Positions 45,030 through 56,100 of a DNA stretch of 64,000 nucleotides are shown in pieces. A program made the position numbers and the translations under genes. The notes below the pieces were generated by a model, which made no database searches, was not told the origin of the DNA, and saw only the letters and a list, made by a program, of their open reading frames with translations. Source of the stretch: Spirochaetia bacterium (lineage in GTDB: Bacteria; Spirochaetota; Spirochaetia; SZUA-6; Bin103); contig CBDBOV010000003.1 in assembly GCA_965208575.1 (NCBI GenBank), positions 512,001 to 576,000 of the forward strand. The letters are read 5' to 3'. Position 1 is the first letter of the stretch. Every line of letters begins with the position of its first letter.

Positions 45030-46030
45030 CGGGTCAGGTCCAGCTCCCCCAGCGCGGTCAACCCGTTGAACAACCCCGGCGGCAAACTGGTCAGCCTGTT
45101 GTCCTGCAGGTCCAGCGTCGTCAGCGCGGTCAGGTCGTCGAACACGCCCGGCGGTAAACTGCTCAGACTGTTGTAGCCCAGCCACAGCGACCTCAGCGCG
45201 GTCAACCCGTTGAACAACCCCGGCGGCAAACTGGTCAGCCTGTTGTCCTGCAGGTCCAGCGACGTCAGCGCGGTCAGGTCGTCGAACACGCCCGGCGGTA
45301 AACTGCTCAGACTGTTGCCGCTCAGCCTCAGCGACGTCAGCGCGGTCAGGTCGTCGAACACGCCCGGCGGCAAACTGCTCATATTGTTGCCGCTCAGGCC
45401 CAGCGACGTCAGCGCGGTCAGGTCGTCGAACACGCCCGGCGGCAAACTGGTCAGACTACTGTTGTCATACAGGTCCAGCTCCGTCAGCGCGGTCAGGTCG
45501 TCGAACACGCCCGGCGGTAAACTGCTCATATCGTTGCGAAACAGCCAAAGCTTCCGCAGCGCGGTCAGGTCGTCGAACACGCCCGGCGGTAAACTGCTCA
45601 GACTGTTGCCGCCCAGCCCCAGCTCCGTCAGCGCGGTCAGGTCGTCGAACACGCCCGGCGGTAAACTGCTCATATCGTTGTTAAACAGCCGCAGCTTCCG
45701 CAGCGCGGTCAGGTCGTCGAACACGCCCGGCGGCAAACTGGTCAGCCTGTTGCCGCTCAGCCTCAGCGACGTCAGCGCGGTCAGGTCGTCGAACACGCCC
45801 GGCGGCAAACTGGTCAGCCTGTTGCCATACAGGTCCAGCGTCGTCAGCGCCGTCAGCCCGGCAAAGTCACCGGCCTGCAACGATGGAGACGATCCGGAGA
45901 AGAGCTTTTCGGCCAGATTCAGCGACGTGATGCCCGCCAGGTCCGCCGCGGTGACGGCGCCGCATTTCGCCTTCGAGACCGCCTTCGCAAGGGCGTCACG
46001 CACCTCCGGGGTGCGGCTGCAGATGCCCGG
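45030..46030 (-). repeat. LRR head 1: Cys N-cap + 11 full 24-aa LRRs
   Basis: GICSRT...KCGAVT N-cap; LTALxxLxLxxNxLxSLPPGVFDD units. Confidence 0.92.
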
Positions 46031-46923
46031 ATCGTTGTCCGTCACCGTCACCATTGCCGTCGACGCGCTGCCGCGCGTGTAGCCGTCGCCCGCCCGCAAC
46101 GCAAAGGTGATCACGCTGTCGACCTCGTCCAGGGCATCGTCCAGCGTGGCCACCGCCAGCGTGAACGACGCGGAACCGGCCGCGATCGTCATGCTCGTCG
46201 GCCTCGTGCTGCCCGAAAACGTCGTCATCGCCCCCGTCTCGGTCGCCACCCCGACCACCGTCAGCGTGGCGGCCGTCGAACCCGTGCGCGTCACCGTGAA
46301 CTCGGCGTTCGCCCCCTCCGTCACCGGACTCGAGACCGCCGCAACGGTCACCACCGGTTTGGTTTGAGACCAGGCTGGCGCGTCCACGAACAGAATCAGC
46401 AAGGCTGGCAGCAGGATCCTGCCGCCAGCCTTGCTATTGCTACATCGCTGTTGGGCTGTCCCGTTTTTCAGCCTACCCTGGCCGGCGCGCGTCACTGCGT
46501 CGCTACCGTCCACGGCGACCTGCAGCGTGAACGGCACGCCCATCTCCGTCTCGGCGGCGAGGCGGGAGAAGCCGCCCCGGCCCGCACCCGACCTGTCGGC
46601 TGTAGGCCACATGCCGTGCTTCCGAAACATTCACCGCATCCAAGCGAGGAGAGGCGTCCTGAACGGAGTCGGGAGCCCACTGGCGCCCGTGCTCATTCAG
46701 CGGACCTACGAGATTAGCGGGAAAGAGAGCGCCTAGTCGATATTTTTACGATGTACTATTCATTATAATTCGTACTCTTTTCATATCTTTCCAAGGAAAA
46801 GAACGCTACTCCGTCACTGTGGAGAGACAGCGAGTTGCGGCGCCACTCCGCTTGCAACTGGGGGAAGCACGAAGCGACGGCGACGACGCGGTAGCCCAGC
46901 TCCCGCGTACCGCATACTTTGTC

Positions 46924-47067
46924 GGCGCGCGTGAAGCGGATCGACTGCGCGGCCAGCCGGTCGATGTTGGGTGTCCGCATGGCGCCGTTGCCGTAGCAGC
47001 CGAGGGAGGCCGGACGCAAGGTGTCGGCGGCGATGACCACGATGGGCGGGCGCTGCGGTTCGGTCAT
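46924..47067 (-). pseudogene. Sulfatase N-terminal fragment
   Basis: MTEPQRPPIVVIAADTLRPASLGCYGNGAMRTPNIDRLAAQSIRFTRA; homology stops just before the CxPxR motif. Confidence 0.75.
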
Positions 47068-47140
47068 GCGCCAGAGCATCTCCTTGCGTCGCGATCCGGC
47101 AACCCGGTTTCCTGATAGGATGGATTCGGACGGAGAGTAC

Positions 47141-50100
47141 ATGATGCAGTCGAGTCCCCACAATCGGAGCCCGCGCGCCGGAGTTGCCGAGCCTGTCGCG
47201 ATCGTCGGCATGGCGTGCCGGTTTCCGGGCGCCGACGGCCCGGCCGAATTCTGGCGCCGGCTCGCCGCCGGCGCGGACCTGATCAGCGAGGGCGAGCCTG
47301 GATCCGGGGTCGGGCGCGTGGGCCGGCTATTCCCGGACACCGCCGAGCGCCGGCCGGCGTGCCGGTTCGGCGCCTACCTCGATGACCTGGAGCTGTTCGA
47401 CGCCCCATTCTTTCGCATCTCGCCGGTCGAGGCACAGATGCTCGATCCGCAGCAGCGCCTGATGCTGGAGACGAGCTGGCGCGCGCTGGAAGACGCCGCG
47501 ATCGACCCGGAGCGCCTGGCCGGCAGCCGCACCGGGGTGTACGCCGGGATCAGCAACAACGAGTACCGCAGCCTGATCATGGAGGCCAGCGACACCTCCG
47601 AGCCGGCCGCGAGCCTGTACACGGTCACCGGCACCTCCTACAACACCGCGATCGGGCGGGTGGCATTCGCGCTGGGGCTGGAAGGACCGGCTATCGCGGT
47701 GGACACTGCCTGCTCATCGTCGCTGGTCGCGTTGCACCAGGCGGTGTCAGGCCTGCAGGGCGGCGAGTCTGACCTGGCGCTGGCCGGCGGCGTGCACACC
47801 ATCCTGTCGGGGCGGCTACTGGAGTTGCGCGCCAACGCCGGCATGCTGTCGCCGGACGGCCGCTGCAAGACGTTCGACGCGGCGGCCAACGGCTACGTTC
47901 GCGGCGAGGGCTGCGGCATCCTGGTGCTGAAGCGGCTGGCCGATGCCGAGGCCGACGGCGACCGCATCTGGGCGGTGGTGCGCGCCACCGCACTGAACCA
48001 GGATGGGGCAAGCCCGGGCCTGACGGTGCCGAGCGGACCGGCTCAGGAGCGGGTGATCGAGGCGGCGCTACGGCGCGCCGGCATCGCGCCGGCGGACGTG
48101 GACTACGTGGAGGCGCACGGCACCGGGACCGAGGTGGGCGACCCGATCGAGGCCAACGCCACCGGGGCGGTCTACGGCCGCGGCCGCGATCCCGACCGGC
48201 CGCTCCTGATCGGCTCGGTGAAGACCAACATCGGCCACCTGGAGTCGGCGGCGGGGGTCGCCGGGGTGATGAAGGTGGTGCTCGCAATGCAGCAGGGAGT
48301 GATCCCGCCGCACCTGCACTTCCGCAACCCGAGTCCGCAAATGGATTGGGAGCGGCTCCCGCTGCGCGTTACCGCGGAGGCCACGGCGTGGCCGGTGCAC
48401 GCCGGGCATCCACCGCTCGCCGGGGTGAGCGGCTTCGGGTGGTCGGGCACCAACGCGCACGTGGTGCTGGAAGGGGCGGCGGCCGCGAACGGCCGCGCCG
48501 CGGTGGAACAGGCCTACTGGGCGTGCGGGCCGGCTCGGCCCATCGCCGTGACGATGCCGGAGCCGGTCGCGGAGGTGCCTGGGGTCAGCGACCGGATCGC
48601 GGCGCGCGCGGCGCGCTTGTTGCCGCTGTCGGGCAAGTCGGAAGGAGCGCTGCGCGACTTGGCGCGCGGGTACCTGGGCTGGCTCGACGACCATGGCGAG
48701 GAGGTGGCCGCGCGCGGGAGCGCGGCCGATGCGCCGTTGTCCGACCTGGCGTGGACGGCGAGCGTGGGGCGCGGCCGCTTCGCCTGCCGTGCCGGTGTCG
48801 TGTTTCGAGATGCCGCCACACTGCGCGACGGGTTGCGCGCGCTCGCCGACCCGGAGGCGGGCGCGCCGCCGCGCACGCCGGTGGGCGCGCCGCCGAAGGT
48901 GGCGTTCGCGTTCACGGGGCAGGCGAGTCAGTGGCCCGGCATGGGCGAGACGCTGTACGCGAGCGAACCCGTGGTGCGCGCTGTCCTGGATCGGTGCGAC
49001 GCGCTGCTGCGCGCCGAGCGCGGCGCCTCGCTGCTCGACGTGATGTTCGGTCGCCCTGACGCGGCGGGCGGGCTGGACGAGCCGGCGTGGAAGCAACCGG
49101 CGATCTACGCACTGGAGTGTGCGCTCGCCGCCCTCTGGCGGAGCCTGGGCATCGTGCCGGAGGTGGTAGTCGGGCACAGTCTCGGTGAGATCGCGGCGGC
49201 GCAGACGGCGGGCGTATTCAGCCTGGAGGATGGGCTGCGTTTCGCCGCGGCGCGCGGCGCGCTGATCGGGGCCCTGCCGGAGGCGGGCGCCATGGCGGTG
49301 GTGTTTGCACCGGCAGACCGGGTTGCGGCGGCCGTGGCGGAGCACAACGCCTCGGCCGCCGGGATCGGGTTGTGCGTGGCCGTCGACAACGGCTCGAACC
49401 AGGTGGTGAGCGGGCCGGCGGCCGATGTCGCGGCGCTGCTGGAGCGGTTCGAGGCGCAGCAGGTGCGGGTACGGCTGCTGCGCAACAGCCCCGCCTACCA
49501 CAGCGCGCTGGTGGAGCCGGCTCTCGATGGCCTGGAGGCGGCGCTGCGGCAGTTCGCGTTCGCGGCGCCGTCGATTCCCCTGGTGAGCAACCTGAGCGGC
49601 CGCCTGCTGGAGCCCGGCAGCGTCCCCGGCGCCGCCTACTGGCGCCGCCACGCGCGCGAGAAGGTGCAGTTTCGCCAGGCCGTCGAGACGCTGGCCGAAC
49701 TGGGCACCGAGGCGTTGGTGGAGATCGGCCCGCACGCGGTGCTCGGGCCAATGGCCGCGCTGGCGTGGCCGCCGGTGGCAGGCGGCCCGCCGGCCGTGCT
49801 GGCCAGCCTGCGCCGGCCGTCCCGCGATACCCCGCCCGCGGAGGTGGAGGACGCGTTCACGGCGGCGGTCGCGGGCGCCTACGAGGCGGGGCTGCCGGTG
49901 CGGTTCGATGCGCTGTTCGCGGGTGAGGAGCGGCGCCGGATCTCGCTGCCGGGCTACCCGTTCCAGCGCCAGCGGCACTGGATCCCCACGGCGCGGCGGC
50001 GCCGTGCCGGCGCCGGCGACCCGTTGCTGGGCGAGCGCCACGAGTCGGCGCGCGGCGAGGTGGCGTTCGACACCGAACTGCTGGCCGGCGACCCGGCGTG

Positions 50101-53100
50101 GCTGAGCGACCACCGGGTATTCGGGCGGCTGCTGGTGCCGGGAGCGTGGTACGGAGCGATGGCGGCGTCCGCCGCGGTCGCCGAGGGCGGCGGCGCGGCG
50201 ACGGTGACGGAGATGCAGTTGCACAACCCGCTGCTGCTCCCGGAAGCGGACGCGGCGGACGGCTCGGAGGCGGTGTCCGGTCGCAGGGTGCAGGTGTTGC
50301 TCGACCCACCCGGAGACGGGGCGCCGCGCCGCGCGCAGATTCTCAGCAAAGGGGTGGACGAGGAAGGCTGGACGCTGCACGCGGAGGCGCAACTCCCCTC
50401 CGCGGCGGCTGCGCGCCCGCCTGACGGCGGGCGGCGCGTCGACCTGGACGCACTCAGGGCGAGCATGGCAGCGGTCGATGTCTCCTCCCTGTACCGCGCC
50501 AAGGCGGGTGCCGGTATCGACCTCGGGCCGGCGTTTCGCACGCTGGAGGCGGTGTGGTCGCGGCCGGGCGAAGCAGTGGCCGAGGTGGTGCTGCCTGCCG
50601 CATTTGCCGGCAGCGGTCTGGACGTGCATCCGCTGCTGCTGGACGGTTGCTTTCAGGTGATGGCCGCCGCGCGCAGCCAGGAGGGCGCGGCCGGCCGCGC
50701 CACCTATCTGCCGTTCGGCTTTCAGCGCCTGTGGCTCGCCGGCACGCTCCCGGAACGGCTGATCTGCCACCTACGCATGGCGGGGCAGGCGGGCGAGCCG
50801 AACCAAGCCGACGGCGAGCCGAACGGCTCATCGACGGAATTGCACCGGGGACGCCGCCGGAGGTCTTGACGGCCGATGTGCGCATCCATGACCCGAGTGG
50901 GACCCTGATCGGCGAGTTGACCGGCTACCTGGTGAAGCGGGCGACGCGAGCGGCATTGCTGTCCGCGGTGGAAGGCGTGCAGGACCTGCTGTACGAGGTG
51001 GTGTGGCGCGACCGCGCCCTGCCGCCCGGAATGCAGCCCGCCGGTTTTCTCACCGCGCCGTCCGCCATCGCTGCCGGCGCCGGGCCGTTCACCACCTACC
51101 TGGCGGCGGAACAGGTGAGTGCCGAGGGCCGGGCGGCGCTGTTGTCCGACCTGGAGCGGTTGGCGCGCCGCTATGCCCTGGCCGCCCTGGACAAGTTGGG
51201 CTGGCGACGATCGGCGGGTGAATCGGTCGACGCCGATGGTTTGCGGCAGCGCCTGCAGGTGAGCGCCGAACATGCGCGCCTGTTCCGGCGCATGCTGGAG
51301 ATGGTGGCGCGCGCCGGAGTGCTGGACGTGCTGGACGAGCAGGACGCCCGCTTCGTCGTCACGGTCGGCTCCGGCGAGCCGCTGCCGGACGACCTGCCGC
51401 CCGATCCGGAGCAGTTCGCCGCCGCGATGGCCGGGCGCTACGCGCATGGGGCCAACGAGATCGGACTGTTCCGGCGCAGCGGCGGCGCCCTGCCGGACGT
51501 GCTGCGGGGGAATGCGGATCCGTTGACCCTGCTGTTCAGCAGCGGCGAGCCGAGCGCGGCCGACCTGTACCGCAAGGCGCCGGTGGCGCGCGCCGCCAAC
51601 CGGATGCTCGCCGACGCGGTCGCGGCGCTGCTGCGCCGCCTGCCGGAGGGCCGCCGGCTGCGGGTGATCGAGGTCGGGGCGGGGACCGGTTCGGCTACCG
51701 CCGCGGTGCTGCCGGAACTGCCCGCCGGCCGCTACGACTACACCTACACCTACATATCGGCGGGCTTCTTCGCGGAGGCGGAGGCCAGTTTCGGCGGCGG
51801 CGAGGCTGCGATCGAGTACCGGGTACTGGACGTCGAACACGACCCGGTGGCGCAGGGGTTCGACGCCCACGGCTACGACCTGGTGATCGCCTCCAACGTG
51901 CTGCACGCCACCCGCTACCTGCACGAGACGCTGGCCCATTGCCTGGCGCTGCTGGCGCCGTCGGGGCAGTTGGTGGCACTGGAGAACCTGCGCGGCCAGG
52001 GCTGGCTGGACCTGACCTTCGGGCAGTTGGACGGCTGGTGGCGGTTTGCCGACCACTACCGTCCCCACCACGCCCTGGCCAGCCCGGAGGTGTGGCGGCG
52101 GGCGCTCGGCGACAGCGGGTTCATCGACGCCGCGGTGCTGGGCGTGCCGCGGTCGGATGCGGTCGAGCAGCGCGAGCACGGCAGCGGGAAACCGGACCGC
52201 GGCGTGATCGTGGCGCAGGGACCCGCCGAGGTGGCGGAGCCGCCCGGCGCGTGGGTGCTGGCAGCCGACCGCAACGGGGTTGCCGCGCGCCTGGCGGGCG
52301 AGCTGGCGGCGCGTAACCAGACCGTGGTGCTGGCGACCGCCGCGGCCGCCGGCGGTGCGCCGGACGGCGGCGGGGTGCCCGCGGTGGCCGTGGCGATGGA
52401 GCGGCGCGATGCGTGGCGGGAGCTGCTGGAAGCGCTGCCGGGCGACGTGCCGCTGGCCGGCGTGGTCCATCTCGCTGCGCTGGACGGTCACGGCGTGCGG
52501 GCGACGACCGACCAGATGGCACAGGACGCTCAGCGAGCGGCGGCGAGCGCCCTGGCGCTGGTGCAGGGGCTGGCCGACGCCGACCTCACGCCGTCGAACG
52601 GCGTGTGGTTCATCACGCGCGGCGCCCAGGTGCTGGAGAAGGAGCGCGCCGGGGAGCTGGCCGGCGCCACGCTGTGGGGCGTCGGCAAGGTGATCGCCCG
52701 CGAGGCGGCGCAACTGCAGGCGCGCATGATCGATCTCGACCCGGAACCGGTGGCGGGCCGCGCGGACCTCGCCGACGAGCTGCTCTACCCGGATTGCGAG
52801 ACGCACGTCGCCTACCGCGCCGGGCGCCGGCAGGCGGCCCGCCTGGTTCGCGCGGCGGCCGCATCGCGGCTGCCGCACCCCGAGCAGGGTGCCTGGCTGC
52901 TGGAGCCGGACTCCGCGGGCGTGCTGGAGGGCCTGCGCATCGATCCGTTGCCCGCCTGTGCGCTGCAGCCGCGCGAGGTGCGCCTGGCGGTGGAGGCGGC
53001 GGGACTCAACTTCTGGGACGTGTTCCGGGCGATCGGGCTGGTCGACGCCGGACTGCTCGGCGGCGAGGCCTGCGGGCGCGTCCTGGAGGTGGGCTCCGAG

Positions 53101-56100
53101 GTGACCGAGGTCGAGCCGGGCGACCTGGTGGTCGCGCTGGCGTTCGGCACGTTCGGCTCGGAGGTCGTGACCAGGGTCGAGATGGTGGCGCACGCACCGG
53201 CGGGCGTTCCGGTTGCCGAGCTGGCGACCATGCCGACGGCGTTCGTGTCGGCGCTGCTCTCGTACGACGAGGCGGAGCTGCAGGCCGGCGAGCGGGTACT
53301 GATTCATGCCGGAGCCGGTGGCGTCGGACTGGCGGCGATCCAGTTGGCGCAGGCCGCCGGCGCGGAGGTGTTCGCCACCGCGAGCGCTCCGAAGCAGGCG
53401 TACTTGCGTTCGCTCGGCGTGCGGCACGTGTTCGACAGCCGCTCCACCGCGTTCGGGCGCGAAGTTCTCGATGCCACCGGTGGCGCCGGCGTCGACGTGG
53501 TGCTCAACAGCCTCACCGGCGAGGGATTCATCGACGCCAGCCTCTCCTGCCTGGCCCGCGGCGGGCGCTTTGTGGAGTTGGCGCGCGTGGACATCCTGAG
53601 CGAGGAGGAAATGGCGGCGGCGCGGCCCGACGCCGCCTACACCATCCTGAAGCTCGACGTGCTCAAGGAGCACCACCCGGCGGTGCCCGGCGACGCGCTG
53701 CGACGGGTGATGGCGCGGCTGGCGGCGGGCGAGGTGCGCCCGCTGGTGTACAGTCGCTGGCCGCTGACCGAGGCGGGGCCGGCGATGGACTTCATGCGCG
53801 CCGCGCGCCACCTGGGCAAGATTGTCCTCGCCGCGTCGCCGCTGGAGCGCGGCCGGCTGCGGGCGGGCCGAACCTTCCTGGTGACCGGCGGCCTGGGCGG
53901 CATCGGCTGCGCGGTGGCGGGCTGGCTCGCCGACCGCGGCGCCGAGGCGATCGTGCTGAACGGACGGCGCGCGCCCACTCCCGACGCCGAGGAGACGATC
54001 GCGGCGCTGCGCGACCGCGGGGTCACGGTACGGGTCGAGCTTGCCGACGTCACCGACGCCGAGGCGGTGGACGCCATGCTGGCGCGGATCGACCGTGATC
54101 TGCCGCCGCTCGGAGGCGTGATTCACAGCGTCGGCGTGCTGGCCGACGCGGCCCTCGGCAACCAGAACTGGGAGACGTTCGCGCAGGTGCTGTGGCCGAA
54201 GATGCTCGGAGCGTGGCACCTGCACCGCGCCACCGAGCAGCGTGAGTTGGAGCTGTTCCTGCTGTTTTCGAGCATCGTCGGCACCATGGGCAACGCCGGG
54301 CAGGCCAACCACGCCGCGGCCAATGCGTTCCTGGACCAGCTCGCGGCCCACCGGCGTGCGCGCGGCCTGCCGGGCCAGGCGATCGCCTGGGGGGCGTGGT
54401 CGGGACTCGGTGAAGCGGAGGAGCAGCGCGAGCGCATCGCCCGGCAGCGATCGGCGTTCGGCGGCGGCTGGTTCACCCCGCAGCAGGGCCTGCGCGCCCT
54501 GGACCGGCTGGTGCGCGACGATCCCGCCACCGCGGCGGTAATGGCGATGGACTGGCCGGTGTTCGCGGAAGCGGTCGAGGGGCGGCCGCCGTTGCTGGAC
54601 GAACTGCTGGCGACCGCCGCCGACCCCGAGGACGACACCGCGAGCGAGGCTGACGACCTGCCCGGCCGCGTGCGCGCGGCGCCGGCGGCGGAACGCGAGG
54701 GGCTGCTGGTGTCGTTTCTGCAGCGCGAGGTGCAGGCGGTACTGCGGCTGCCGTCGACTCCGGCCCCGGAGGTCGGCTTCTTCGAACTGGGCATGGACTC
54801 GCTGATGGCGGTCGAACTGCGCAACCGGCTCAACCGGGCATGCGCGGACGCCTACACGGCGCCCAACACGCTGGTGTTCGACTACCCCGACATCGCCACG
54901 CTGGCGCGCCACCTGGCGGCCGCGCTCGGTGACGGAGCGGCCGCCGGCAGCGCAGCCACCGGCAGCGATCCCGCCGGCAGCGCAGCCACCGGCAGCGATC
55001 CGGCCGCCAGCGATGCCGCCGCCGGCGCCGCGACCGATGGCTTCGCGCCGCCTGTCCCGGCCGTGGCAGCCGACCCGGGCCCGCCGCCGGCGGCAAGGCC
55101 GGCCGCGGAGCCGGCATCATCACCACCTGCGTCCCCGCCCCCAACACGCGCGGCGGCAGCACCGACACGGGCAGCACCGACGCGTGCGGCGGCGGAGTCG
55201 ATGCCGCAGGTGGACGCCGCGGTTGACGCGATCGCCATCGTGGGCATGGCGTGCCGCTTCCCGGGCGCGCCCGATCTTGATGCCTTCGCCCGCCAGCTCG
55301 AGGAGGGCCGCGACGCGGTAACGGACGGGCGGCCCGACGCGGATCCGGGGAGTGATGCTCCCGGACTGCCCGTCATTCGCCGTGCGGCGTTCCGGCGGGG
55401 CGGATTCGTCACCGAAATCGACCGTTTCGACGCCCGCTTCTTCGGAGTCAGCCCGATCGAGGCCCGGATGATGGATCCGCGCCAGCGCATGCTCCTGGAG
55501 GCCGGCTGGCTGGCGCTGGAGGATGCCGCGCTCGACCCGGAGGCGTTGCGCGGCAGCCGAACCGGGGTATATGTCGGTGTATCCGCCAGCGAATACCGCG
55601 ACCTGATGACCGCCGGCAACGACATTGTCAGCTACCTCGGCACGGCCGGCAGCATGACCGTCGGGCGCCTGTCGTTTCTGCTTGGCCTGGCGGGGCCGAC
55701 CATGCCGGTCGAGCTCAACTGCGCCTCGTCCCTGGTAGCGGTGCATCAAGCCGCCGCGGGTCTGCACGCGGGCGAGGTTGACCTGGCCCTGGTCGGCGGC
55801 GTGCACGCGAACCTGTCTCCCGCCATTACCCTGGAGATGGCGGAGTTGGGCCTGTTGTCGCCGACCGGGCACTGCGCCCCCTTCTCGGCTGCCGCGGACG
55901 GCTTCGTGCGCGGTGAGGGGTGCGGGCTGGTGGTGCTGAAGCGGCTGGCCGACGCGCGGGCGGACGGCGACCGCGTCTGGGCCGTGATCCGCGGCTCGTC
56001 GGTGAACCAGAACGGCGCCAGCGCCGGCCCCACGGTCCCCAACGGACCCGCGCAGGAGCGGGTCATCGCGGAGGCGCTGGCGCGCGCCGGAGTGGAACCC

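Larger units (their letters stand above)
32334..46630 (-). pseudogene. Giant adhesin/autotransporter, N-terminal part: signal peptide, Calx-beta, LRR head 1, 9 Ig-like, SwmB-like, LRR head 2, 12 Ig-like, 14 cadherin-like repeats
   Basis: ILLPALLILFVDAPAWS|Q signal-like segment, VTEGANAEFTVTRTG (Calx-beta), 24-aa LRRs, and PTLSTAAVDGATLTLTYNEALD (SwmB). The start codon is uncertain. Confidence 0.88.

Noticed and set aside
19667-45157. Very long plus-strand ORFs (3037, 2785 and 1150 aa) and many 90-450 aa ORFs
   Set aside because: Antisense shadows of the GC-rich repetitive adhesin gene; Arg-rich or mirror-like composition with no domains.
40678-46030. Diversity-generating retroelement as the cause of LRR/loop variation
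   Set aside because: No reverse transcriptase or template repeat in the window, and the differences are not adenine-specific.
40965-46030. CRISPR-like array (72-bp period, constant plus variable parts)
   Set aside because: The units are in-frame coding LRRs, the variable parts are related to each other, and no cas genes are present.
46741-46800. AT-rich patch with ATTATAAT as the adhesin promoter
   Set aside because: A plausible -10 but no properly spaced -35, so it cannot be called from sequence alone.
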